Assembly (NCBI GenBank): GCA_016711875.1
Contig: JADJSD010000006.1
Location: 99,470-163,469, forward strand
DNA from: Betaproteobacteria bacterium
Lineage (GTDB): Bacteria; Pseudomonadota; Gammaproteobacteria; Burkholderiales; Usitatibacteraceae
Reading direction: 5' to 3'
Length of the DNA stretch: 64,000 nt
The translations under genes and the position numbers were made by a program. The notes below the pieces were generated by a model that was not told the origin of the DNA, did no database searches, and saw only the letters and a program-made list of their open reading frames with translations. The stretch's first letter is position 1. Each line of letters begins with the position of its first letter. Shown here piece by piece: positions 36,396 to 47,939 of this stretch.

Positions 36396-36443
36396 GGCTT
36401 CCTCTAGAATCGCGGTATCGAACTCACTCCGACAGCTTCCGCC

Positions 36444-37843
<1,400 letters not shown>

Positions 37844-37853
37844 CGGGGCCGCC

Positions 37854-38788
37854 TTGAAGGACCGATGGGCCGGCTTCGCGCGGGCGCCGGCCTTCGAGTC
37901 TGCGCTCGCGTGGTACTTCGTCCTCGTCTGGGGATCGGGCTACGTCGCCACGAAGGCGGGCTTGGCGGACGCGCCGCCCTTCACCTTCCTGGCGCTTCGC
38001 TATGCGTTCGGCCTGTCGCTGCTCGTGCCGGCGATGCTGTGGCTCCGGCCGCGCTGGCCTGCGTCGCCGGGCGAGTGGGCGCACGTCGTGGTCGCGGGCC
38101 TGCTCATGCACGCCGTGAACCTCGGCGGCAGCCACTATGCGCAGTACCTCCGGATGACGGCGGGCGTCACGGCGCTCGTCCTGGCCATGCAGCCCCTCGT
38201 CACGGCGGTCGTCTCCTCGCGCTTCCTGGGCGAGCGGCTGGGGTCACGGCAATGGGCCGGCGTGGCACTCGGGCTCGCGGGCGTGGCGCTCGTCGTCTGG
38301 CACAAGGTCGACGTGCGCTCGGTCACGGCGGGAAGCCTCGCGGGGATCTTCATCTCCTCGCGGCGGTGACGGCGGGCACGCTCTACCAGCGTACCTTCTG
38401 CCCGCACGCGGACCTGCGTTCGGCGGCCCTCGTGCAGTTCGCTGCCTCGTTCGCCGTGCTCGCGCCCGCGGCCTTGGCGATCGAGGGCTTTCCGTGCGCT
38501 GGAGCGTCGCTCGCGCTCTCGATCGCCTACCTGGTCATCGGCTCGTCGATCTTTCGGGGTGAGCGCGCTGCACACGCTCATGCGGCGCGGGCAGGCGACG
38601 CGGGTGACGAGCATGCTGTACCTCACGCCGGTCGTGGCGGTGGCGCTCGAGGCGCTGTTCTTCGGCGTGGTGCCCACGGCGCTCACGGGGGCCGGCATGG
38701 CGATCGCCTTCGCGGGCGTCGCGCTCGTCACGCGGCGGTGGCGGCGAGCCCGGGGACCGCTAGGCCTTCCGGACGAACTCCGACTTGA
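37854..38788 (+). pseudogene. DMT-superfamily (EamA-like) permease, with 2-3 frameshifts as assembled
   Basis: ORF 37854..38369 (...AWYFVLVWGSGYVATKAGL...GVALGLAGVALVVWHK...SLAGIFIS) breaks near 38355. It continues as AVTAGTLYQRTF...LALSIAYLVIGSSIF in the frame of ORF 37865..38788, then breaks at the G-run near 38553-38557. It continues as VSALHTLMRRGQATRVTSMLYLTPVVAVALEALFFGVVPTALTGAGMAIAFAGVALV in the frame of ORF 38559. The stop position is uncertain (38763 or 38788). Confidence 0.7.
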
Positions 38789-39102
38789 GCTTCATGGGCC
38801 CGATGCCCTCGACCTTGCAGTCGATGTCGTGGTCGCCCTCCACCAGGCGGATGTTCTTCACCTTGGTGCCGACCTTCACCACCAGGGACGAGCCCTTGAC
38901 CTTCAGGTCCTTGATCACCGTCACCGAGTCGCCGTCCTGGAGTTCGTTGCCGTTCGAGTCTCGCACGAGGAGGCCGGCGGGCGCGGCGTCGGCGGCCGCG
39001 GCGCGGTCCCATTCGTGGGCGCACTCCGGGACAGACGAAGCGCTCGCCGTCTTCGTAAGTGAACGTGGAACCGCATCGGGGGCAGGGGGGCAGGGCGCTC
39101 AT
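38760..39102 (-). CDS. yjdM: Zinc-ribbon protein YjdM/PhnA, with one frameshift near 39026-39030 as assembled
   Basis: [25 protein letters not shown] (ATG comp. 39100-39102), then ECAHEWD... in the next frame, then ORF 38760..38966 ([67 protein letters not shown]). Confidence 0.85.
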
Positions 39103-39201
39103 GTCGTGTCGGGAGGGATGGGGGATCGCATCATTATCCCCGTGTTCCCGGCCGGGCCATTCGCGGCACAATGCCGGCTTCCGACCCGCGAAAGGCCGCC
39201 C

Positions 39202-39816
39202 ATGCAACTCGTCGGCATGCTCGATTCCCCCTACGTGCGCCGCGTCGCCATCTCGATGAAGCTGATGGGCATCGACTTCGAGCACCGGCCCGTCTCCGTC
39301 TTCAGGCATTTCGAGGCCTTCCGCGAGGTGAACCCCGTCGTGAAGGCGCCGACGCTCGTGTGCGACGACGGCGTGGCCCTCATGGATTCGACGCTGATCC
39401 TCGACTATCTCGAGTCGCGGGTGCCGCCGGACCGCCGCCTGATGCCGCCCGGGGGCCTCGAGCGGCGCGAAGCGCTGCGGCTCATCGGCTACGCGCTTGC
39501 CGGCTGCGACAAGTGCGTCGCGCTGGTGTACGAGCGCGAGCAACGCCCGCCCGAGCGGCGCCACGAACCGTGGGCGGAGCGATCCCTGGGGCAGGCCTCG
39601 GCGGCCTTCTCCGTGCTCGAAGACGCCGTGGGGAATGCGAGGCCGTGGCTGCAGGGCCCGGAGCCGAACGCGGCCGACGTCGCCGCGGCCGTCGCCTGGC
39701 GCTTCGCGCAGTACTACAACGCCGAACTGCTGCCGGCCTGGAAGTTTCCGGCGCTGGCCCGGTACTCGGCGGCCGCCGAAGGCTTGCCGGTCTTCGCATC
39801 GACCCCGCTCGATTGA
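39202..39816 (+). CDS. Glutathione S-transferase family protein
   Basis: 204 aa from ATG 39202. MQLVGMLDSPYVRRVAISMKLMGIDFEHRPVSVF...VKAPTLVCDDGVALMDSTLILDYLE is the thioredoxin-like GST N-domain. Confidence 0.85.
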   Translation: MQLVGMLDSPYVRRVAISMKLMGIDFEHRPVSVFRHFEAFREVNPVVKAPTLVCDDGVALMDSTLILDYLESRVPPDRRLMPPGGLERREALRLIGYALAGCDKCVALVYEREQRPPERRHEPWAERSLGQASAAFSVLEDAVGNARPWLQGPEPNAADVAAAVAWRFAQYYNAELLPAWKFPALARYSAAAEGLPVFASTPLD

Positions 39817-39882
39817 CGGGGGCTTGAACTCGGGGCTTCCCGCCACGATCTGGCGTGAGGTCGATCCCTGCCGGAAGCTCCC

Positions 39883-40953
39883 ATGAAGAAGCCCATCATC
39901 CTCGTCGCCGCGCTTGTCGCGGCGGCCGCCGCCTTCTCCCCGTTCGCGCAGAAGGGCGGTTCGCCGGAATCCCGGCCCGTGTCGCCGCGGGGCCCGCTCC
40001 TGGCGCAAGAGCAGGCGCTCACGAGCCTCTTCGAGAGCGCCGCGCCCTCGGTGGCGTACATCACCACGGAGCGGCTGGAACGCACCAGCTTCTTCACGGC
40101 CGAGGTCGCGAAGGGGGCCGGCAGCGGCTTCGTGTGGGACTCGCAGGGCCACGTGGTCACGAACTTCCACGTGCTGCAGGGCGCGCGCGGGGTCACGGTG
40201 CAACTCGACGCGGGCCAGCGCATCCCGGCGACCCTCGTGGGCGTCGCGCCCGACTACGACCTCGCCGTGGTGAAGCTCTCGCAGGTTCCCAGGGACCTGC
40301 GGCCCATCCCCGTCGGCTCCTCGAAGGAGCTGCGCGTGGGCCAGTCGGTGTTCGCCATCGGCAATCCCTTCGGCTTGTCGCGCACGCTCACCACGGGCAT
40401 CGTGAGCGCGCTCGACCGCCACCTGCCCACGAGCGAGTACCGCGAAATCTCGGGCGCGATCCAGACGGACGCCGCGATCAACCCGGGCAACTCCGGCGGA
40501 CCGCTTCTCGATAGCGCCGGGCGGCTCGTCGGCGTGAATACCGCCATCCGTTCGCCTTCGGGAGGCTCATCGGGCGTGGGCTTCGCGATTCCTGTCGACC
40601 TCGTGAACCGCATCGTTCCCCAGCTCATCGCACGCGGGAAGGCGGCGTTGCCGGGAATCGGCATCCGCGCGGTGGATCCGATGATCGTCGCGCGCGCGGG
40701 GCTCACCGGCGTGGTCGTCGCCGACGTGATGCGCGGCTCGCCGGCGGCGGAGGCCGGCCTTCGCCCCGTGGACCGCAAGACGGGCGAGGTAGGCGACGTG
40801 ATCATCGCGGTGAACGGCCGGCCCGTCGAGGCGATGGGCACCTTCGCCGCCGAGCTGGACCGCGCCGGCATCGACAGCACCGCCGAGCTCACCGTCCAGC
40901 GCGACAAGAAGGAACGCAAGGTGCGCGTGAAAGTGATCGACGTGCAGCGCTAG
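39883..40953 (+). CDS. Periplasmic S1C (HtrA/DegP-like) serine protease with one PDZ domain
   Basis: 356 aa with a signal peptide. Catalytic triad context: TNFHV (His), DLAVVK (Asp), GNSGGPLLD (Ser). A C-terminal PDZ-like domain is present (GVVVADVMRGSPAAEAGLR...GDVIIAVNGRPV). Confidence 0.9.
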   Translation: MKKPIILVAALVAAAAAFSPFAQKGGSPESRPVSPRGPLLAQEQALTSLFESAAPSVAYITTERLERTSFFTAEVAKGAGSGFVWDSQGHVVTNFHVLQGARGVTVQLDAGQRIPATLVGVAPDYDLAVVKLSQVPRDLRPIPVGSSKELRVGQSVFAIGNPFGLSRTLTTGIVSALDRHLPTSEYREISGAIQTDAAINPGNSGGPLLDSAGRLVGVNTAIRSPSGGSSGVGFAIPVDLVNRIVPQLIARGKAALPGIGIRAVDPMIVARAGLTGVVVADVMRGSPAAEAGLRPVDRKTGEVGDVIIAVNGRPVEAMGTFAAELDRAGIDSTAELTVQRDKKERKVRVKVIDVQR

Positions 40954-40958
40954 AAATC

Positions 40959-41019
40959 GGGGACAGGTGAATTTGGGGACAGGTGTAATTTTCACCTGTC
41001 CCCAAATTCACCTGTCCCC
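40959..41019. repeat. Perfect 61-bp palindrome: 27-bp arms, 7-nt loop TAATTTT, four copies of GGGGACAGGTG
   Basis: 40959-40985 GGGGACAGGTGAATTTGGGGACAGGTG; loop 40986-40992; 40993-41019 is the exact reverse complement. It starts 6 nt after the protease stop and ends 62 nt before the parE ATG. Confidence 0.95.
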
Positions 41020-41081
41020 AGCAGGCATCGAGGGGCGGCGCGAAACGGTAAAATGGCGGATTCGCCCGAAGAAAAGCCCGC

Positions 41082-43052
41082 ATGGCCTCCCCCCGCTACG
41101 ACGAAGCCTCCATCCGTGTCCTGAAGGGCCTCGAGCCCGTCAAGGAACGGCCCGGGATGTACACCCGGACCGACACGCCGCTTCACATCATCCAGGAAGT
41201 GATCGACAACGCCGCCGACGAAGCCCTCGCCGGCGCGGCGAAGACGATCACCGTGACGCTTCACGCCGACCGCTCCGTCTCCGTCGAGGACGACGGCCGA
41301 GGCATTCCCGTGGGCCCGCATCCGGAAGAAAAGGTGCCAACCGTCGAGGTCGTCTTCACGCGCCTTCACGCCGGCGGCAAGTTCGACAAGAAGACGGGCG
41401 GCAGCGCCTATGCGTTCTCCGGCGGCCTGCACGGCGTGGGCGTCTCGGTCACCAACGCGCTCTCGAAGCGGCTCGAGGTGAAGGTGCGCCGCGAGGGTGC
41501 CACCTGGGCCATGGCCTTCGAGGACGGCTTCGTCGTCGAGAAGCTGCAGAAGACCGGCTCCGCGCCCGCGAAGCAGTCCGGCACGTGGGTGCGCGCCTGG
41601 CCCGACGCGAAGTATTTCGACACGGACCGCATCCGCCGCCCCGAGCTCGAGCACCTGCTGCGCGCCAAGGCCGTGCTGCTCGCGGGCCTTTGCATGCGCC
41701 TCGTCGACGAGGCCTCGGGCGAGACGCTCGAGTGGAAGTACGAGGGCGGCATGGCGGCCTACCTGCAGGAGCAGCTCGCCGGCGAGGACGGCCTCGTGAG
41801 CCCGATCGTCGTGGGCGAATCCTTCGTGGCCGCGGGCGACGCGCTTTTCGCGGAGGGCGAGGGCGCCTCATGGGCGATCGCCTGGTGCGAGGGCGGCGGG
41901 GGCGGCGAGTCCTACGTGAACTTGATCCCCACCGTCGAGGGCGGCACGCACGAATCGGGACTCAAGAGCGGCGTCTTCGAATCGGTGCGCGAATTCTGCC
42001 TGCACCATGAACTGCTCACGCGGGGGGTGAACCTGCAGTCCGAGGACGTGTGGAAGCCCCTGCGCTTCGTGCTGTCGACGCGCCTGCTCGACCCGCAGTT
42101 CCAGGGGCAGACCAAGACCAAGCTGTCCTCGCGCGACGCGGTGAAGCTCGTCGCCTCGCGCCTGAAGGATCCGCTGGACGCCTGGCTCAACCAGCACGTG
42201 GAAGACGGCAAGAAGATCGCCGAGCTCGCCATCAAGGCCGCCGTGGCGCGGCAGAAGGCCGGCAAGGCCGCCGAGAAGCGCCGGGGCTCCGGCGTCGCGG
42301 TGCTGCCGGGCAAGCTCACCGACTGCGAGAGCGAGGAGACTTCGCGGAACGAACTCTTCCTCGTCGAGGGCGATTCGGCCGGCGGCTCCGCGCGCCAGGG
42401 CCGCGACCGCCACTTCCAGGCGATCCTCCCGCTGCGCGGCAAGATCCTCAACACGTTCGAGGTCGACCCCACGCAGATCTACGCCAACAACGAGGTGCAC
42501 GACATCGCGGTGGCGCTGGGCATCGAGCCCCATGCGGTGGGCGATGCCGAGAAGGCCCTCGCGAACCTGCGCTACGGCAAGGTCATCATCATGGCCGACG
42601 CGGACGTCGACGGCTCGCACATCCAGACACTGCTGCTTGCGCTCTTCTTCCGCCACTTCCCGGGCCTGCTCGCGCGCGGCCACATCCACGTCGCCCAGCC
42701 GCCGCTTTACGTCGTGAAAGTCGAAGCGCAGGGCAAGAGCCGGCCCGAGCGTCGCCTCTACGCGCTGGACGAAGGCGAGCGCGACGCCATCCTCGTGAAG
42801 CTCGCGGACGAGAAGGTGCGCGAGAGCGCCATCCACGTCGGCCGCTTCAAGGGCCTGGGCGAGATGAACCCCGACGAGCTGCGCGAGACCACGATGAACC
42901 CGGACACGCGCCGCCTCCTTCCCCTCACCGTCACGACCGACGTCCTGGCCGACACCCACCGCATGTTCACGCTCCTCATGGGCAAGGGCGAGGCTTCCTC
43001 GCGCCGCAGCTGGATGGAAGAGCATGGCAACCGGGTGGAAGCCGATGTCTAA
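41082..43052 (+). CDS. parE: DNA topoisomerase IV subunit B
   Basis: 656 aa. Contains [44 protein letters not shown] and PLRGKILN. Its size and the lack of the long proteobacterial GyrB insertion favour ParE. Confidence 0.85.
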   Translation: MASPRYDEASIRVLKGLEPVKERPGMYTRTDTPLHIIQEVIDNAADEALAGAAKTITVTLHADRSVSVEDDGRGIPVGPHPEEKVPTVEVVFTRLHAGGKFDKKTGGSAYAFSGGLHGVGVSVTNALSKRLEVKVRREGATWAMAFEDGFVVEKLQKTGSAPAKQSGTWVRAWPDAKYFDTDRIRRPELEHLLRAKAVLLAGLCMRLVDEASGETLEWKYEGGMAAYLQEQLAGEDGLVSPIVVGESFVAAGDALFAEGEGASWAIAWCEGGGGGESYVNLIPTVEGGTHESGLKSGVFESVREFCLHHELLTRGVNLQSEDVWKPLRFVLSTRLLDPQFQGQTKTKLSSRDAVKLVASRLKDPLDAWLNQHVEDGKKIAELAIKAAVARQKAGKAAEKRRGSGVAVLPGKLTDCESEETSRNELFLVEGDSAGGSARQGRDRHFQAILPLRGKILNTFEVDPTQIYANNEVHDIAVALGIEPHAVGDAEKALANLRYGKVIIMADADVDGSHIQTLLLALFFRHFPGLLARGHIHVAQPPLYVVKVEAQGKSRPERRLYALDEGERDAILVKLADEKVRESAIHVGRFKGLGEMNPDELRETTMNPDTRRLLPLTVTTDVLADTHRMFTLLMGKGEASSRRSWMEEHGNRVEADV

Positions 43053-45452
43053 GCGAACCATGCCCGACGACAAGACCCCCGACCTGTTCTCGGCCGATCC
43101 CCCGGCCGCCCCGCCGCCGCCGCCCGGCATGCCCGCCGCCCCGGCCGCCTCGGGCGACGGCGAGATGCCCCTCGCCCAGTTCGCCGAAAGCGCCTATCTC
43201 GCCTACGCGATGAGCGTGGTGAAGGGCCGCGCGCTGCCGGCGGTGGAAGACGGCCAGAAGCCCGTGCAGCGCCGCATCCTCTATGCCATGCGCGAACTGG
43301 GCAACCGCCACGACGCGCCGTTCAAGAAGTCCGCGCGCATCGTCGGAGACGTGATCGGCAAGTACCATCCGCACGGCGATTCCGCGGTGTACGAAGCGGC
43401 CGTTCGGATGGCGCAGGATTTCACCCTGCGCTACCCGCTCATCCAGGGCCAGGGCAACTTCGGCTCGCGCGATGGCGACGGCGCCGCGGCCATGCGCTAC
43501 ACGGAAGTGCGCCTCACGAAGTTCGCCGAGGAGATCCTGCTCGCGGAGCTCGAGCGCGGCACGGTCGACTTCATCCCGACCTACGACGGCTCGCTCGAGG
43601 AGCCGCGCCTGCTGCCCGCGCGATTGCCCCTCGCGGTGCTGAACGGCGCCTCGGGCATCGCGGTGGGCATGGCGACGGAGATCCCGCCGCACAACCTGCG
43701 CGAGGTGGTGGAAGCCGCCGCCGTGGCGCTACGCAACGCGAAGGCCGCCGACGCCGAGATCCTCGCGTCGATTCCCGGCCCGGATTTCCCCGGCGGCGGC
43801 CAGATCATCTCGGCGCCCGAGGAGATCGCGAAGGCTTACGAGACGGGCCGCGGCGCCATCCGCGTGCGCGCGAAGTGGGTCCGCGAGAATCTCGCGCGCG
43901 GCCAGTACCGCATCGCCATCACCGAGATGCCGCCGGGCACCAACGCCGCCCGCGTGCTCTCGGAGATCGAGGAGCTCACCAACCCGAAGCCGCGCGCCGG
44001 GAAGAAGTCCGTTTCGGCGGAGGCGCAGGCACTCAAGGCCGCCGTGCTCGGCGTGCTGGAGACGGCGCGTGACGATTCGGACCGCGAGCACCCCGTACGC
44101 CTGGTCCTGGAGCCGCGCACCTCCCGCGTCACGCCCGAGGAGCTCATGAACCTGCTCCTCGCGCACACCTCGCTCGAGCAGAACGCGCCCGTGAACCTGG
44201 TGGCCATCGACCGCGAGGGCCGGCCGAAGCTCGCGGGCCTCGCGCACTGGATCCGCGAATGGGCGGCCTTCCGCCTCGTGGCGCTGGAGCGTCGGCTCGC
44301 CCACCGGCAGGGAGAGGTCGTCGACCGGCTGCACATCCTCGACGGCCGCATGATCGCCTTCCTCAACATCGACAAGGTGATCAAGGTCATCCGCAATTCG
44401 GACGAACCCAGGCCCGAGCTGATGCAGGCCTTCGCGCTGAGCGAGCGGCAGGCCGAGGACATCCTCGAGATCCGCCTTCGCCAGCTCGCGAAGCTCGAGG
44501 GCATCAAGATCGAGCGCGAGATCAAGGAACTGAAAGCCGAGCACGCGGAGCTGGAGAAGCTTCTCGCGAACGAGGGCGCGCGGCGCAAGCTCGCGGTGAA
44601 GGAACTGATGGCCGACGGCGAGAAATTCGGCGACGCGCGGCGCACCACCATCGAGGTCGCCGAGCGCGCGGCCGCGGCGCCGGTCGAATCGCTCTCGGAC
44701 GAGCCGATCACCGTGATCTGCTCGAGGAACGGCTTCCTGCGCACGCGTACCGGCCACGGCATCGACGCGACGACGCTCTCCTGGAAGGAAGGCGATGGCG
44801 CGCTCGCGGTGCTCGAGACGCGCACGGTCCACCCGATCGTGCTGGTCGGGGCCAATGGCCGCACGTTCTGCGTGCGCGCCCTGGACCTGCCCGGCGGCAA
44901 GGGCGACGGCGTGCCCGCGACGTCGCTCGTGGAGCTGGCCGGGACACGCATCGTGGGCGTGCTCTCGGGCCCGGCCGAAACGCCGCTGCTGCTCGCCTCG
45001 AGCGGCGGCCAGGGGCTTCGCTGCCAGCTGGGCGATCTCGTCACGCGCCAGCGCGCGGGCAAGGCCTTCATGAACGTGCCCGAGGGCGAGCGCGTGCTCG
45101 AGCCCGTGGTGACGAAGGCGGATACGAAGGAAGTCGCAGCCCTCTCCGCGCAGGGGCGCCTCCTCGTCTTCCCGCTGGAGGAAGTGAATGCGCTCTCCGG
45201 CGGTGGCAAGGGCGTGATCCTCATGCGCCTTCACGAGGGCGAGGCGCTCGTGGGCGTGCGCTCCGTGTCCGGGCCCGTGAAGGTGCGAGGCAAGGGCCGC
45301 GGTGACAAGGTCACGGTCGTCACCGTCACCGGAGCCGATCTCGAGGCGGCGCGGGGTTCGCGCGCTCGCGCGGGCCGCGTGCTGCCGGGCTCGCTCAAGT
45401 CGGTCACCGGGTTCGCGGACCCGGCGGACGACACCACCACCAGGAGATACCC

Positions 45453-45456
<4 letters not shown>
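43045..45456 (+). CDS. parC: DNA topoisomerase IV subunit A
   Basis: ORF 43024..45456. Start is ATG 43045 (8-nt overlap with parE) or ATG 43060. Contains [65 protein letters not shown] and the catalytic AAMRYTE. Confidence 0.85.
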
Positions 45457-46334
<878 letters not shown>

Positions 46335-46346
46335 CCGAACCGGGCG

Positions 46347-47777
46347 TCAGGCGCGGCGCCTGAAAGCCACGCCGTCTCGCGATCCCGTCGGCGCGCCGCA
46401 CTCCCACGCGATGTGCCCGCCCACGAAAACGCGCTCGATGCCGCGCGCCGGGCTGACGGGGCTTTCGAAAGTCGCGGTGTCGATCACCGTGTCGGCATCG
46501 AAGATCGTCAGGTCCGCCCGCATGCCGGGCTTCACGAAGCCGAGACCCTCGAGCCCGAAGCGTTCCGCCGTGAGCCCGGTCATCTTGCGCACGGCCGTCT
46601 CGAGGGAGAAGAGGCCCCGCTTGCGGCCGTAGTGCCCGAGCACGCGCGGAAAGGCGCCCCAGAGCCGCGGATGGGGGAACCGGTCGTGCGGCAAGCCGTC
46701 GGATCCGATCATCGTGCCGGGGTGCGCGAGGATGCGCTCGACGTCCGCTTCGTCCATGCTGAAGTAGATGGCCCCAGCGGGCTGCAGCTTCGCGATGGCG
46801 CCTTCGAGATCGAGCCCCCATTCGCGCGCGAGGTCGTCGAGGAATCGCCCCGCGCAGTCGGGCAGGGCCTGCGACCACGCGACAAGCACGCGCGAGGCCT
46901 GCCGGGCGGAGTCGATGCGCAGCACCGTGGAGGATGCCGCGTAGGGATAGCAGTCGATGCACACGTCGGCGCCGAGGGCGGCTTCGTCGATGTGCGCCAG
47001 GGTTTGCCGCGAGCGCCCAAAGTTGGTGCGGCCTTGCACCTTGTGGTGCGAGACGACTTGCCGGATGCCGAGTTCGCGCGCGATGCCGATCACCTCGTCG
47101 AGGGAATCGATCACGTGGTCGCCCTCGTCGCGGATGTGCGAGGCGACGACCGCGCCGGTGCCGCGCATAGGCTCGAGGACCCGAAGCACCTCGTCCCGCG
47201 TGGCCGCCCGGGCGGGTGCGTAGAAGGTGCCCGTGGAGACACCCAGCGCGCCGGCCGCGAGCGCCTGCGCCACGTGGGCGCGCATGGCCTCGATCTCGCC
47301 CGCGTCGGCCTCCCGATCGAGCGATGCCATCGTCACGGCGCGGAGCGTCGTGAGGCCCACGAGCACGGCGGCGTTGATGGCCGGCGGGTCGCGCTCCAGC
47401 GCGGCGAAGTAGTCGGCGAGCGATTCGAAGAACGGGCCGTCGCCGCCCGCGACCAGGTTCAGGGGCGGCACGGGTTCGCGCCGCCCGAGCGGTGCGAGGC
47501 TGATGCCGCAGTTGCCGACGACGACGGTCGTGACGCCCTGGCTCAGCTTGGGCGCCATGCCCGGGTCCGTGAAGAGCAGGCGGTCGTCGTGGGTGTGGGC
47601 GTCGATGAAGCCGGGGGCGACGACGAGCCCCGCGACGTCCAGGACGCGCGCCGAGCCCGTGGCGGGCACCTCGCCCACGGCCACGATGCGATCGCCGGTG
47701 ATGGCCACGTCGGCGCGCCGGGGCGGGCCGCCCGTGCCGTCCACGACGGTGCCACCGCGAAGGAGTAGGTCTACCAT
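46347..47777 (-). CDS. N-acyl-D-amino-acid deacylase (D-aminoacylase) family amidohydrolase
   Basis: 476 aa. MVDLLLRGGTVVDGTG...VAPGFIDAHTHDD...GVTTVVVGNCGIS, and later SHHKV...GSDG. Confidence 0.85.
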   Translation of the reverse strand: MVDLLLRGGTVVDGTGGPPRRADVAITGDRIVAVGEVPATGSARVLDVAGLVVAPGFIDAHTHDDRLLFTDPGMAPKLSQGVTTVVVGNCGISLAPLGRREPVPPLNLVAGGDGPFFESLADYFAALERDPPAINAAVLVGLTTLRAVTMASLDREADAGEIEAMRAHVAQALAAGALGVSTGTFYAPARAATRDEVLRVLEPMRGTGAVVASHIRDEGDHVIDSLDEVIGIARELGIRQVVSHHKVQGRTNFGRSRQTLAHIDEAALGADVCIDCYPYAASSTVLRIDSARQASRVLVAWSQALPDCAGRFLDDLAREWGLDLEGAIAKLQPAGAIYFSMDEADVERILAHPGTMIGSDGLPHDRFPHPRLWGAFPRVLGHYGRKRGLFSLETAVRKMTGLTAERFGLEGLGFVKPGMRADLTIFDADTVIDTATFESPVSPARGIERVFVGGHIAWECGAPTGSRDGVAFRRRA

Positions 47778-47939
47778 GATGGGCGGGGTCGATTGCGGGA
47801 GGGGCCAGTGTCGGGCTTGCCGGGCCCCTTGGCAATCGGAGTATCTTGTCGCTGGTATGTCCCTTGCTTAGACTCGCGAGGCGGGCTCCCACCGGCCCGC
47901 CCGCTCTCACCGTTCCCCTGGCATCGAAAGGTCGCACTC

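Noticed and set aside
26300-36443. Interpreting the damaged block as a mobile genomic island
   Set aside because: It has no integrase, transposase, tRNA or flanking direct repeats, and I saw no obvious compositional shift. The gene content (yaeQ, peptidase, OMPLA, RND pump, PPK2) is ordinary chromosomal.
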